Notes under the pieces: generated by a model
The model's database searches: none
What the model saw: only the letters and a program-made list of their open reading frames with translations
Told to the model about the DNA's origin: nothing
Shown: positions 19,604 through 29,027 of the stretch, piece by piece
How positions within the stretch are numbered: the stretch's first letter is position 1
Layout: each line of letters starts with the position of its first letter
Source of the DNA: Oleispira sp.
GTDB taxonomy: Bacteria; Pseudomonadota; Gammaproteobacteria; Pseudomonadales; Oceanobacteraceae
Length of the DNA stretch: 51,222 nt
Direction of reading: 5' to 3'
Assembly (NCBI GenBank): GCA_002708475.1
Contig: PAOL01000024.1
Location: 1-51,222 of the forward strand
Position numbers and translations under genes: made by a program

Positions 19604-19631
19604 AAATCCATTTTTCTCATTACTGCGTATA
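19604..19631 (+). promoter_or_regulatory. Putative RpoE(ChrR)-type promoter AAATCC-N16-CGTA for the SDR operon
   Basis: AAATCCatttttctcattactgCGTATA; same spacing, degenerate -35. Confidence 0.55.
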
Positions 19632-19670
19632 GGTCCTATATACAATGAGAAAAACGGTGCGAGAAAGATT

Positions 19671-20474
19671 ATGATCTGCAATGAAATTATCTGGGTTACA
19701 GGAGCAAGTAGCGGTATAGGTCAATCAGTTGCGCTGCGACTAGCAAATCAGGGTAATCACGTCATAGCCTCAGGGCGTAATCGTCAAGCTCTAAAAGATT
19801 TATCGATAAAATCTCATAACATCACCCCTTTTATCTGCGATTTAGTTATCGATACTAAAGACAACATTAGTCAATCATTAGCCGAACTCGCACCACGAAT
19901 TGATCGCATTATCCTATCTGCTGGTGATTGCCAATACCTCAATGTAGAACAAGAGGATTGGTCTTGCATTGATGATGTTATGAACATCAACTTTCATGGC
20001 AGTGTTCGTGCGATTCATGCAGCCCTGCCTTTATTAGAAAAATCAGAAAATGGCCATATTGTGGGAATCTCATCAATGGCCAGCTTAGCACCCTTCACCC
20101 AAGCAGAAGCCTATGGTGCATCTAAAGCAGCGTTAAGTTATTTTTTAAGTGCGTTACGGATTGACTTAAAAAATAAAAATATTGATGTAACCGATATTAT
20201 GCCAGGGTTCATTGATACGCCTCTTACGCAGAAAAATGATTTCTCTATGCCTTTTCTGCTATCACCAAACGAAGCAAGCAATCGAATTATCAAGGCGATA
20301 GAGAAACGTAGTCTTATCAGTGTATTTCCACGACGTTTATTTTGGTTATTTAAATTCATTTCTTTTATTCCTAAAACTTGGGTGAAAGTAAATGCACCAA
20401 AGAGCACAGAGCAAACTAGTTCTAACAATAGCTCTAAAAAACCTTCTAAAAATAGCTCCAAGGAAGCGCTCTAA
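19671..20474 (+). CDS. Short-chain dehydrogenase/reductase
   Basis: TGASSGIG, YGASK, PGFIDTPLT..NDFSMPF. Confidence 0.92.
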   Translation: MICNEIIWVTGASSGIGQSVALRLANQGNHVIASGRNRQALKDLSIKSHNITPFICDLVIDTKDNISQSLAELAPRIDRIILSAGDCQYLNVEQEDWSCIDDVMNINFHGSVRAIHAALPLLEKSENGHIVGISSMASLAPFTQAEAYGASKAALSYFLSALRIDLKNKNIDVTDIMPGFIDTPLTQKNDFSMPFLLSPNEASNRIIKAIEKRSLISVFPRRLFWLFKFISFIPKTWVKVNAPKSTEQTSSNNSSKKPSKNSSKEAL

Positions 20475-21016
20475 TGCCTTCTTCCCTTCTCACTAATTTG
20501 GTATCGAATAAAAATCTGATAATAAATGCAATCGGATTTCAGATCGTTTGGTTTATTTGCGTTCAAGGTAATAACCTTTTCGCAATAACTGCAACCATTG
20601 TATTACTTGCAATTCATCAAAGGATATTTAAACCAGAGCTTAAGCGTTGGAAACTATTAATAATATTCAGCTTAATAGGTTATGTAGGCGATAATTTTAT
20701 AGCCATGTTATTTGAGGTTACTTATTCTGGATATCTAATTCCTCTATGGCTTTTATGTCTTTGGCTATCATTTTCAACAACGATTAATCATTCAATGTCA
20801 TGGATTTTTAATAAGAGCTACATCACTCTTCTTGTAGGTACCTTTATGGTACCTATTAGTTACTTCGCAGGAATTTCATTGTCAGGATCTAGCCTTAACC
20901 ACATATCTGACTCATCATTATTTTGGTTATTTTTTCTTACCGAAGGCATCTGGTGGTCAATCTTACTTTTAAGCTATCAAAAGACTAAATCATGGCACGA
21001 GGCATCAAATGTGTAA
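20474..21016 (+). CDS. DUF2878 family membrane protein
   Basis: NAIGFQIVWF, PLWLLCLWLSF.TT.NHS, P.SY.AG. Confidence 0.85.
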   Translation: MPSSLLTNLVSNKNLIINAIGFQIVWFICVQGNNLFAITATIVLLAIHQRIFKPELKRWKLLIIFSLIGYVGDNFIAMLFEVTYSGYLIPLWLLCLWLSFSTTINHSMSWIFNKSYITLLVGTFMVPISYFAGISLSGSSLNHISDSSLFWLFFLTEGIWWSILLLSYQKTKSWHEASNV

Positions 21017-21755
21017 ATTCATAATAGTAGTTTTTATGATAGGATTTTCAATATTTTCTCCGGCTGATACTTCCATAAATATATCAGATAAAGATAGAGA
21101 TGATTTTATTGGATACGCATACGACCTTAAAACAAAAAATCTTCTTTATACTGAACATCATAAATATCTAGATGAGATGAACCATGAGGTTCGTTATAAA
21201 GAAGCCAATGGAGAACTGTTTGCAATAAAACGTATTGACTACCAGGACAGCCTATACTCGCCGAATATTCTGCAAAGAAACAACAGAAATGGAGAGTTAA
21301 TTGATATAAAAATAAAGGATAAGATCAATAAAAAAATATCTATCCGCTATCAAGAAAATGATAAAGAAGACGTAAAAAAAGACCAGGTAGATTTTACACC
21401 AAAATTAATAATTGATGCAGGGTTTGATCAATACATCAAAAGTAACTGGGATACATTAGTAAATATTAATAATACCAAGAAAGAGCTAACTATTGATTAT
21501 CTAATCCCATCAGCTTTAGATCATTATAAACTCAGCATAAAGAAAGTAAATTGTGAAAAAATTGATAACTACTGTTTTTCTATTTCAGCATCGAATTTTT
21601 TTATTAATTTGTTCTCAAGTGATTTGAAGCTTACCTACAGAAAACTAGATGAAAACCCACCTAGATTGACTAGCTTTCAGGGGCGATCCAATATTTGTGA
21701 TAGCGAAGGCAACTATCAAGACGTGACTATTATGTATAAATACGACAACCAATAA
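21009..21755 (+). CDS. Hypothetical exported protein
   Basis: Signal peptide; LLYTEHH, IDAGFD, F.G.SN motifs; translationally coupled to its neighbours. Confidence 0.75.
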   Translation: MCKFIIVVFMIGFSIFSPADTSINISDKDRDDFIGYAYDLKTKNLLYTEHHKYLDEMNHEVRYKEANGELFAIKRIDYQDSLYSPNILQRNNRNGELIDIKIKDKINKKISIRYQENDKEDVKKDQVDFTPKLIIDAGFDQYIKSNWDTLVNINNTKKELTIDYLIPSALDHYKLSIKKVNCEKIDNYCFSISASNFFINLFSSDLKLTYRKLDENPPRLTSFQGRSNICDSEGNYQDVTIMYKYDNQ

Positions 21756-21756
21756 G

Positions 21757-22311
21757 GTGAACAACATGAGAACGTTATCTATAATTTTTCTTCTATCAAT
21801 ACCCCTACTGTTTTTGACTGGCTGCAGTTCAATAGACATTGATCGCTATAAAAATAATCAGCCAAAACTAACACTAGAAAGTTTCTTTAATGGCAACTTA
21901 ACAGCTCATGGGATCTTGAAAAACCGAAGTGGTGAAGTAACTCGTTACTTTAATGTGACCATGACAGGAACCTGGAATGCAAATGGTATAGGCACATTGG
22001 CAGAAAAATTTATTTTTGACGACAACAGCATTCAATATAGAACTTGGACATTTACTCCTATAAATACAGAAAAGGGAATAAAATATAAAGCCATCGCAAA
22101 TGATACGTTATCGGAAACTATGATAGAGCTCAGTGGTAATGCTTTTTTTATGAACTACGACCTTCTGATTAATTACCAAGGTGATGAGATAGACGTTAAC
22201 ATCGATGATAAAATGTATTTAACCAATGACAACATCATGATAAATGAATCAGTGATGACTAAATATGGGATTGAAGTGGGTTACATCACCCTAACAATTA
22301 TCAAATTATAA
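21757..22311 (+). CDS. DUF3833 family lipoprotein
   Basis: Lipobox LTGC; FFNG.L.A.G, R.W, DDKMYL, KYGIEVG. Confidence 0.87.
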   Translation: MNNMRTLSIIFLLSIPLLFLTGCSSIDIDRYKNNQPKLTLESFFNGNLTAHGILKNRSGEVTRYFNVTMTGTWNANGIGTLAEKFIFDDNSIQYRTWTFTPINTEKGIKYKAIANDTLSETMIELSGNAFFMNYDLLINYQGDEIDVNIDDKMYLTNDNIMINESVMTKYGIEVGYITLTIIKL

Positions 22312-22325
22312 CGCTAAACATTAAG

Positions 22326-22370
22326 CTGCTCATTTCACACAAATCGATTAGTCGATGGTAAAATGAGCAG
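22326..22370. terminator. Inverted repeat between convergent genes
   Basis: CTGCTCATTT ... AAATGAGCAG. Confidence 0.45.
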
Positions 22371-22389
22371 TAAATACTAAATGTGGATT

Positions 22390-22839
22390 TTAATATTCTT
22401 TATAAGGTAAAAACTTACCCGATAAAACAACATTAACGCGATCACCTTTAGGATCTTCTTCACGCTGAATATCCATTGAAAAATCAATTGCGCTCATAAT
22501 GCCATCACCAAATTCTTCATGTATAAGTTCTTTGATTGTTGAGCCGTAAACATTAACAATTTCATACCAACGATAAATCAGTGGATCAGACGGAACTGCA
22601 GTAGGTAGAGAGCCCTTATAAGGTACTATTTGGAGCCAAGCAATAGCTTCATCTGGTAATGAAAATATTTCACCTACGATTTCAGCTTGTTGCTTATTAA
22701 ACGTCATCTGGCCTAAGCAAGCCGCCGTCGTCCACTCTTTAGATAAACTAAGCGCTTCAGCTACATCGTGCCATTTAATTCCTTTCGTTACCTTACTGGC
22801 TAAAATTAACTGGGTTACTTCATCGCGATTACTAATCAT
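22390..22839 (-). CDS. cynS: Cyanate hydratase (cyanase)
   Basis: DPLIYRWYE, IHEEFGDGIMSAIDF, GKFLPY. Confidence 0.97.
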   Translation of the reverse strand: MISNRDEVTQLILASKVTKGIKWHDVAEALSLSKEWTTAACLGQMTFNKQQAEIVGEIFSLPDEAIAWLQIVPYKGSLPTAVPSDPLIYRWYEIVNVYGSTIKELIHEEFGDGIMSAIDFSMDIQREEDPKGDRVNVVLSGKFLPYKEY

Positions 22840-22863
22840 ATTAGAACTCCTAATTGGATAACT

Positions 22864-24597
22864 TTATGGTTTTAATAAATACAGAATAATTAACGCCAAA
22901 CCGAATGAAATCCCTTGCCAAACAGCAACAGGATTACGTTCAATCAAAGGTGGTCGTGTTTTATTGATGAATTCTTTATTTGGGGATCTTAAATCATGTA
23001 CGAATTCAAACAAATCATACTGGCGGCGATCTGGTAATGGGTTGGCAGCTTTATAAATAGCATCATCTACCCATGAAGGGATTTCTCTATCATCACTTAA
23101 TAAACTTTTATATTTCAGCTTGCGTTGCTCTGACAGTGTTTTTGTTCTCGCAACTTGTGCATCATATGGGTAGGTTCCAACCAGTAAATAATAAGTGATA
23201 ACTGCGAGGGAAAATAATTCAGACTGAATATTGCCTTGCTCTCCTAAAAAATATTCAGGAGCACTGTATAACGCTGTACCCAATAAGTAAGTTGCAGGCG
23301 AATCATTTCGTGTTTCTTCTAGCCCTGCAATACTTACTGAGCCAAAATCAATAATTTTTAACGTGCCAGAAGAGTCTAAGATAATATTCTCAGGCCGAAT
23401 GTCTTGATGCAACATATCCATTTTATGAAAAGCATTCAGCCCTTTGGCTATCTGCTCAATAAAACCACGCACCACTTCTAGACTAGGATTCGGATTATCC
23501 AAAGCCCATTGTGCTAATGTTTGGCCTTCTATGTATTCAAATACGGTATAAATAAAATTTCTAGGGCGCTCTGCTAAATCTGCTTTCAGTACATGAGCGT
23601 TGTTGATTCTTCTCGCTACCCACTCTTCTAATAAGAAACGCTCTAGATGCTCTGCATCTTGTTCAATATCACTTGCCGGAGCTTTTATTACCACCTGCTT
23701 CCCGGTAATCTTATCTTGGGCCAAATAAACACGGCTACGACTATTTGCATGTAAACTTCTTAAAATTAAATACCCATCAAATTCCGTACGTGCTTCTAAG
23801 ACTGGAGGCACTTCAAGCTGTTCAACTTGCTTAATTAAATTCACCTGATTTTCTTCTGCTAGTTCATTAACACGAACTACCTGAACCGATAAATTGTCAT
23901 CACTTCCTAAATCATAGGCCTGCTTAACAAGAGATACAGCAGCTTTATGAAGATCATCCGAGTGTTGCTTAATGGTATTGATCATATTTTCTGATGGTAA
24001 AAAATCATAAATTCCATCAGTACAAATAATGAATACATCACCTTTAGAAAGAGTGATTGTTTGATGATCAAAACTGCATTGTTGTTCAATACCTAAAGCT
24101 CGGCTTAAATAACTTTTACTTTCACTGGTCCCTTCATTAACCCACAACCTATGATCATTGGTTAATTGTTCTAGTCCATGCTTACTTAAACGATAAATGC
24201 GAGTATCACCGACATGAAAAAGATGAGCACTACGATTTTTTAAAATCAAAGCACTAAAGGTAGAAACATAACCCTTATCCTTATCGTAGCGTCCTTCACC
24301 TGACATAGTTTGGGAATATAGCCACGAATTAATCGAGGTCATCACACGTTCGACCGAACTTTTTACAGTCCAAGCTTCTGACGTGCAGTAATAATCATCA
24401 AGAAAGGTTTTAACAGCAGTTTCGCTAGCAATATGACTGGTATTACTTGAACTAATACCATCAGCCATTGTGATGGCTATGCCCTTTAAGGCGAGTAGAG
24501 ATGTTTTCGGAATTAAAGAGCCATGACAGTCTTGGTTTTTTGCTTTGCGGCCTTTATCGGAATATTGCCCTATTGAAACGCTTAGCTTTGCTGTCAT
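22864..24597 (-). CDS. Bifunctional PP2C phosphatase / Ser-Thr protein kinase
   Basis: PP2C: ADGISSS, HVGDTRIY, TDG, GSDDN. Kinase: VVIKAP, HQDIRPEN, DFG, YSAPE. C-terminal TM helix. Confidence 0.92.
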   Translation of the reverse strand: MTAKLSVSIGQYSDKGRKAKNQDCHGSLIPKTSLLALKGIAITMADGISSSNTSHIASETAVKTFLDDYYCTSEAWTVKSSVERVMTSINSWLYSQTMSGEGRYDKDKGYVSTFSALILKNRSAHLFHVGDTRIYRLSKHGLEQLTNDHRLWVNEGTSESKSYLSRALGIEQQCSFDHQTITLSKGDVFIICTDGIYDFLPSENMINTIKQHSDDLHKAAVSLVKQAYDLGSDDNLSVQVVRVNELAEENQVNLIKQVEQLEVPPVLEARTEFDGYLILRSLHANSRSRVYLAQDKITGKQVVIKAPASDIEQDAEHLERFLLEEWVARRINNAHVLKADLAERPRNFIYTVFEYIEGQTLAQWALDNPNPSLEVVRGFIEQIAKGLNAFHKMDMLHQDIRPENIILDSSGTLKIIDFGSVSIAGLEETRNDSPATYLLGTALYSAPEYFLGEQGNIQSELFSLAVITYYLLVGTYPYDAQVARTKTLSEQRKLKYKSLLSDDREIPSWVDDAIYKAANPLPDRRQYDLFEFVHDLRSPNKEFINKTRPPLIERNPVAVWQGISFGLALIILYLLKP

Positions 24598-24632
24598 GGC
24601 TTTCTTTCTTATTTAGCTAATTTTAGTTCACA

Positions 24633-25442
24633 TTATTTATTACGTTTTGGCGCTGTTTTAACGTGAGTTGTGTAAATTGTTAAACCTGTAAATGCTAAGC
24701 CACCTACCAAGTTACCCAATGCAGTAGGAACTTCATTCCATACAATGTAATCCATGAAAGAGAACTCACCACCCATAATTAAGCTGAATGGGAATAAAAA
24801 CATGTTAACAACAGAATGCTCAAAACCCATGTAGAAGAACAAAAAGATTGGCATCCACATCGCAATTACTTTACCACTAACAGATGTTGAAATTAATGCA
24901 CCTACAACACCTAAAGAAACCATCCAGTTACACAACATGCCGCGAATAAAAATAGTAAACCAACCATCAACACCATGAGCAGCGTAACCCAATGTACGTG
25001 CTTCACCAATGGTTGCGACTTTTGCGCCTACAGCACCAGGATCTACATTAAAACCGTACGTAAAAATCCAAGCCATTATGAAAGCAACCGTTAAGGCACC
25101 AGCAAAGTTACCTATAAAAACCAATCCCCAATTTCTTAATACACCACCGACCGTGACTCCAGGGCGCTTATCAAGTAATGCAAGCGGCGCCAAGACAAAA
25201 ACACCAGTTAATAAATCAAACCCCATTAGATATAACATACAGAAACCGACAGGGAATAAGATCGCTCCTAATAAAAAGTTGCCTGTATTAACAGCAATCG
25301 TAATTGCAAACACAGCCGCTAGAGCCAAAATGGCGCCAGCCATGAAAGCTCGAATAATCGTATCTCGAGTCGACATGAAGATTTTAGATTCACCAGCATC
25401 TACCATTTTGGTAGCGAACTCAGCGGGGGCTAGATAGGACAT
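24633..25442 (-). CDS. Formate/nitrite transporter (FNT) family channel
   Basis: FPVGF, DLLTG, GMLCNWMVSLG, FEHSVVNMF, GNLVGG. Confidence 0.93.
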   Translation of the reverse strand: MSYLAPAEFATKMVDAGESKIFMSTRDTIIRAFMAGAILALAAVFAITIAVNTGNFLLGAILFPVGFCMLYLMGFDLLTGVFVLAPLALLDKRPGVTVGGVLRNWGLVFIGNFAGALTVAFIMAWIFTYGFNVDPGAVGAKVATIGEARTLGYAAHGVDGWFTIFIRGMLCNWMVSLGVVGALISTSVSGKVIAMWMPIFLFFYMGFEHSVVNMFLFPFSLIMGGEFSFMDYIVWNEVPTALGNLVGGLAFTGLTIYTTHVKTAPKRNK

Positions 25443-25489
25443 AGTCGTTCTCTCTTTCAGTTAGAATTAAAATGATTTAACTCAAATAG

Positions 25490-25506
25490 AGCAATAGCTA
25501 TGCCAA
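25490..25506 (-). promoter_or_regulatory. Sigma54 (-24/-12) promoter for FNT-kinase-cynS
   Basis: Minus strand TTGGCATAGCTATTGCT (GG-N10-GC). Confidence 0.75.
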
Positions 25507-25620
25507 GGGCTTTTTTTATTTGAAAACCCTATAGTGCTGAGCATCTGCGCCTTTTATTGATGCCCAATCGATTTTTTATGCACTGCTAAAAGGCCTTTTA
25601 AAAAATGAATAGATGAAAAA

Positions 25621-25637
25621 TGCATTTATATAGTGCG
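25621..25637. promoter_or_regulatory. NtrC-like enhancer box
   Basis: TGCAT-TTATATA-GTGCG resembles TGCAC-N7-GTGCA and lies ~115 bp upstream of the sigma54 site. Confidence 0.55.
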
Positions 25638-25896
25638 TACTTAATATTTAACATTTGTATAAACTTAGCCTTAATAATTTAAAATTAAATTGAGAATTTA
25701 ATAACATCGAGCGAGTACTATAGATGAGACTAGCAATACTCATGAGAAAACTGTTGAGAATTATAAGTATTTATATTCCGCCAAAAAACTCTGAAATCAT
25801 CATTTACTTTCATTATTTTCTCTAAAAATCCTTTTATTTTTGCTATTATTAGCTGTTAAATAGATTAACTAATCACAATAAATAATAGGCCCTACC

Positions 25897-26367
25897 ATGA
25901 AAGGTAATCCGAAGGTTCTAAGCATCCTTAACCAAGCGCTTACAACTGAACTAACGTCTATCAATCAGTTCTTCTTACATGCTCGCATGTTTAAAAACTG
26001 GGGCTTAGAAGAGTTGAATGAAAAAGCTTATAAAAAGTCTATCAAGGACATGAAGCAAGCAGATGAGTTAATTGAGCGCATTCTATTCTTAGAAGGTTTA
26101 CCTAATTTACAACAACTGGGTAAGCTACTGATCGGTGAACATACCGAAGAAATGATTCAGTCAGATCTAACCTTTGAAACAGCCCAAATTGCTGAATTAA
26201 AAAGTGCCGTCGCCTTGTGCGAACAAGAAAAAGACTATGTCAGTCGCGAACTTCTACAAAGCATTCTTAGCTATGAAGAAGATTATCTCGATTGGCTTGA
26301 AACACAGCAAACATTAATCAAATCAACTGGTATTGAGAACTACCAGCAATCTATGATGGAGAGCTAA
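25897..26367 (+). CDS. bfr: Bacterioferritin, heme-binding subunit (ferroxidase centre degenerate)
   Basis: MKGNPKV, ERILFLEGLPNLQ. Met52 is present (SIKDMKQAD); His ligands are replaced. Confidence 0.93.
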   Translation: MKGNPKVLSILNQALTTELTSINQFFLHARMFKNWGLEELNEKAYKKSIKDMKQADELIERILFLEGLPNLQQLGKLLIGEHTEEMIQSDLTFETAQIAELKSAVALCEQEKDYVSRELLQSILSYEEDYLDWLETQQTLIKSTGIENYQQSMMES

Positions 26368-26368
26368 G

Positions 26369-26854
26369 ATGAAAGGCAATACCAAGGTAATCGATTTACT
26401 TAACAAACAACTGACCCTAGAACTGACTTCTATGGATCAGTATCTTGCTCACAGCAAGCTGTATGAAGACTGGGGCATCAATAAACTACATGACCAGCTA
26501 ACTCATGAGCATGAAGAAGAGCTAGACCATGCTAAACGCTTGATTGAACGTATTCTGTTCTTAGAAGGTACTCCAGATACAGCTTCGCGCGAGCCTTTGC
26601 TAATCGGCGACAATGTAGAACAAATGCTTAAGAATGACCTTACGGCTGAGTACACCGTTGCAGAAAGTCTAAGAAGTATCATCGAAGTGTGTGAACAAGA
26701 GCGTGACTACGTTACTCGTGAAATACTTGAAGAACTTCTGAATGATACAGAGACAGATCACATTTACTGGTTAGAACAGCACCTAGGTCTAATTGAGAAA
26801 ATTGGTATCTCTAATTATATTCAGAGCCAAATGAATAGCGATAAAGCTGTCTAA
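26369..26854 (+). CDS. bfr: Bacterioferritin, ferroxidase subunit (no heme Met)
   Basis: EEELDHA and TETDHIYWLE retain the ligands; Leu occupies the Met52 position. Confidence 0.92.
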   Translation: MKGNTKVIDLLNKQLTLELTSMDQYLAHSKLYEDWGINKLHDQLTHEHEEELDHAKRLIERILFLEGTPDTASREPLLIGDNVEQMLKNDLTAEYTVAESLRSIIEVCEQERDYVTREILEELLNDTETDHIYWLEQHLGLIEKIGISNYIQSQMNSDKAV

Positions 26855-26890
26855 AGTAATATTTATCACTTTTTAAACACGAACATGATT

Positions 26891-26909
26891 GATAACTATT
26901 ATCATTAGC
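26891..26909 (+). promoter_or_regulatory. Fur box upstream of bfd
   Basis: GATAACTATTATCATTAGC versus consensus GATAATGATAATCATTATC. Confidence 0.75.
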
Positions 26910-26952
26910 AATATAATCACACTATCAAGTAGATAGTTAATGGTTATTAATC

Positions 26953-27147
26953 ATGTTTGTATGCATTTGCCACGCAGTTAATGAAAAAGCGATTCAACAA
27001 GCGGTATCTGAAGGCGCTCAGAACGTGCGTGATGTTCGTCGCAGTTTAAACGTTGGTTCTCAGTGCGGTCAGTGTGTTCGTCAAGCGCACGAAGTCATAG
27101 AGCAAGCTAAAGCTTTAGCTGTAGATTCTCAGTTTTACGCTGCGTAG
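26953..27147 (+). CDS. bfd: Bacterioferritin-associated ferredoxin
   Basis: MFVCIC...QCGQC 2Fe-2S motif, 64 aa. Confidence 0.93.
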   Translation: MFVCICHAVNEKAIQQAVSEGAQNVRDVRRSLNVGSQCGQCVRQAHEVIEQAKALAVDSQFYAA

Positions 27148-27339
27148 TTAGCCTGACACATACTTCAAGACTCTGTGACCACTCCTCCCTGATATACCCT
27201 GTACAATTTCTAACAAAATAGAAGCCTACCTCAATTAAACTGGCAACAATCTCCTCATAACACCCAATTTCAATCAAATCTTTATCGCATAGATCAATTT
27301 TATTCCGATCAAATTACCTTTCCCCTTTTCAGATTTCTC

Positions 27340-27394
27340 TTGACAAGAATAGTAAAGGAAGATTATTTTATTAAAACAAAGTTTACACTGTAAA
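27340..27394 (+). promoter_or_regulatory. Sigma70 promoter with downstream palindromic operator (candidate TetR site)
   Basis: TTGACA at 27340, AT-rich -10 near 27363, TTTACA-C-TGTAAA at 27382-27394. Confidence 0.55.
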
Positions 27395-27464
27395 GACTGA
27401 GTATTGATATACGCTTTCCTTGAACCGTGTTTTCACAATAATAATTATATGATCAGAGACTTAT

Positions 27465-29027
27465 ATGACTGACTTCGACGCTATCGTAATTGGTGCCGGC
27501 AATGCAGGCTTAACCGCCGCAACAGCATTACAGAGAGGTGGTGCGCGCACCTTATTACTGGAACGCCATAACATTCCTGGCGGCTGTGCGACTTCTTTTG
27601 TTCGGGGTGAGTTCGAATTTGAAGTAGCATTACACCAACTTAGCGGAATGGGTACAAAGAAAAACCCCTTTATTATGCGTAAAATCTTTACTGATTTAGG
27701 CATCATGAATGAGTTGAATATTGTTGAAGAGCGTGAACTTTATCGCTTAGTCATGCCCTCTACAAAAGACTCCGAGCATGAAATTGATATAACCCTGCCA
27801 GCAAATGTTAAAGCCCTAAAGAAAACACTTATCGCTCACTTCCCTGACGAAAGCGATAATATTGAAGCCTACCTTACGCTTTGTGAAAAGCTTTCTCTTG
27901 AATGCTTTATGACGCTGCCCAGAGCACAAAAAATGGCAGATCAATCCGTTTTAGAATCAACCTGTCCGCATTATATTCAATACGGGTTAATGCCTGCAAA
28001 AGACGTACTGGATGAATTTTTTAGCAATCAAGATTTAAAAGCCGTCATTGCGGCCTACTGGTGTTACATCGGTTTACCACCAAAAGACATTCCGTTTTGT
28101 GATATGGCGGTTATGCTTTACGCCTATGCAGCCTTTAAACCAAGTCATGTTCAAGGCGGATCTCAAGCTATCTCGAGCGCACTACTAGAATCCTTTCTAA
28201 GTGCCGGTGGTAAAGTATTATTTAATACGGGCGCAGCACAAATCATTACCGAAAATGAAAACGTGAAAGCGGTAAAGACCGAGCATGGCGATATATTCAG
28301 TTGCGACCATGTTATTTCTAATACCAGCCCACAACATACATTCAACGAACTTCTAGATATTCCGACACCTAAGCAAGCAGCAGATGATATGAAATCACGA
28401 CGCTTAGGAACTTCAGCATTTGTGCTGTATCTCGGTCTAGATTGTAATCCGGATGAGCTAGGCATTACGGCTGCTTCGAATTTTATTATTGACGATCGCG
28501 ATGAAGAAGTAGCTTTTGAAACAATGAAAAGCATTAACGACCCGACTCATACTATGCTGACTTGTTATAACCATGATGACCCAAGTTTTGCTCCCCCAGG
28601 AAAAACAGCATTATCACTACTGTGCTTGCAGTACAGCCCAGCTTGGGAAGATTTACCCGTTGAACAATATGCTCAAGCTAAATACGACTTTGCAGATAAA
28701 TTAATTGATCATGCCGAACGAGTTTTTCCAAATATTCGTAAGAACATCGAAGAAGTCGAAGTAGCAACACCATTAACCATGATGCGATATTTGAATACAC
28801 CTGGTGGTGCAATTTATGGTTTCCAGCAAAATACTCAAGATGCTGTGATGTTCCGAGAGCGTATTGATGCCATATCGGGTTTACATATGGCTGGCTGCTG
28901 GAATGGTATGGGTGGTTTTCAACCGACCTACATGGTTGGTGAAAGTACTGCTCGAGCTGTTTTAAAGAAAATAAAAAATAGAAAAGTATCGCCTAACAAT
29001 ATTACACAGGAGTCTTCCCATGCCTAA
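27465..29027 (+). CDS. Phytoene desaturase (CrtI/RetSat)-family FAD oxidoreductase
   Basis: IGAGNAGL, PGGCATSF.RG.F.FEVALH, GGSQAIS, ATPLT..RY...GGAIYG. Confidence 0.87.
   Translation: MTDFDAIVIGAGNAGLTAATALQRGGARTLLLERHNIPGGCATSFVRGEFEFEVALHQLSGMGTKKNPFIMRKIFTDLGIMNELNIVEERELYRLVMPSTKDSEHEIDITLPANVKALKKTLIAHFPDESDNIEAYLTLCEKLSLECFMTLPRAQKMADQSVLESTCPHYIQYGLMPAKDVLDEFFSNQDLKAVIAAYWCYIGLPPKDIPFCDMAVMLYAYAAFKPSHVQGGSQAISSALLESFLSAGGKVLFNTGAAQIITENENVKAVKTEHGDIFSCDHVISNTSPQHTFNELLDIPTPKQAADDMKSRRLGTSAFVLYLGLDCNPDELGITAASNFIIDDRDEEVAFETMKSINDPTHTMLTCYNHDDPSFAPPGKTALSLLCLQYSPAWEDLPVEQYAQAKYDFADKLIDHAERVFPNIRKNIEEVEVATPLTMMRYLNTPGGAIYGFQQNTQDAVMFRERIDAISGLHMAGCWNGMGGFQPTYMVGESTARAVLKKIKNRKVSPNNITQESSHA

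Noticed and set aside
25680-25780. Fur-like TGAGAAT boxes upstream of bfr
   Set aside because: Half-site matches only, in very AT-rich DNA.
27465-29027. Carotenoid biosynthesis gene crtI
   Set aside because: No crtE/B/Y nearby; only family-level similarity is supportable.
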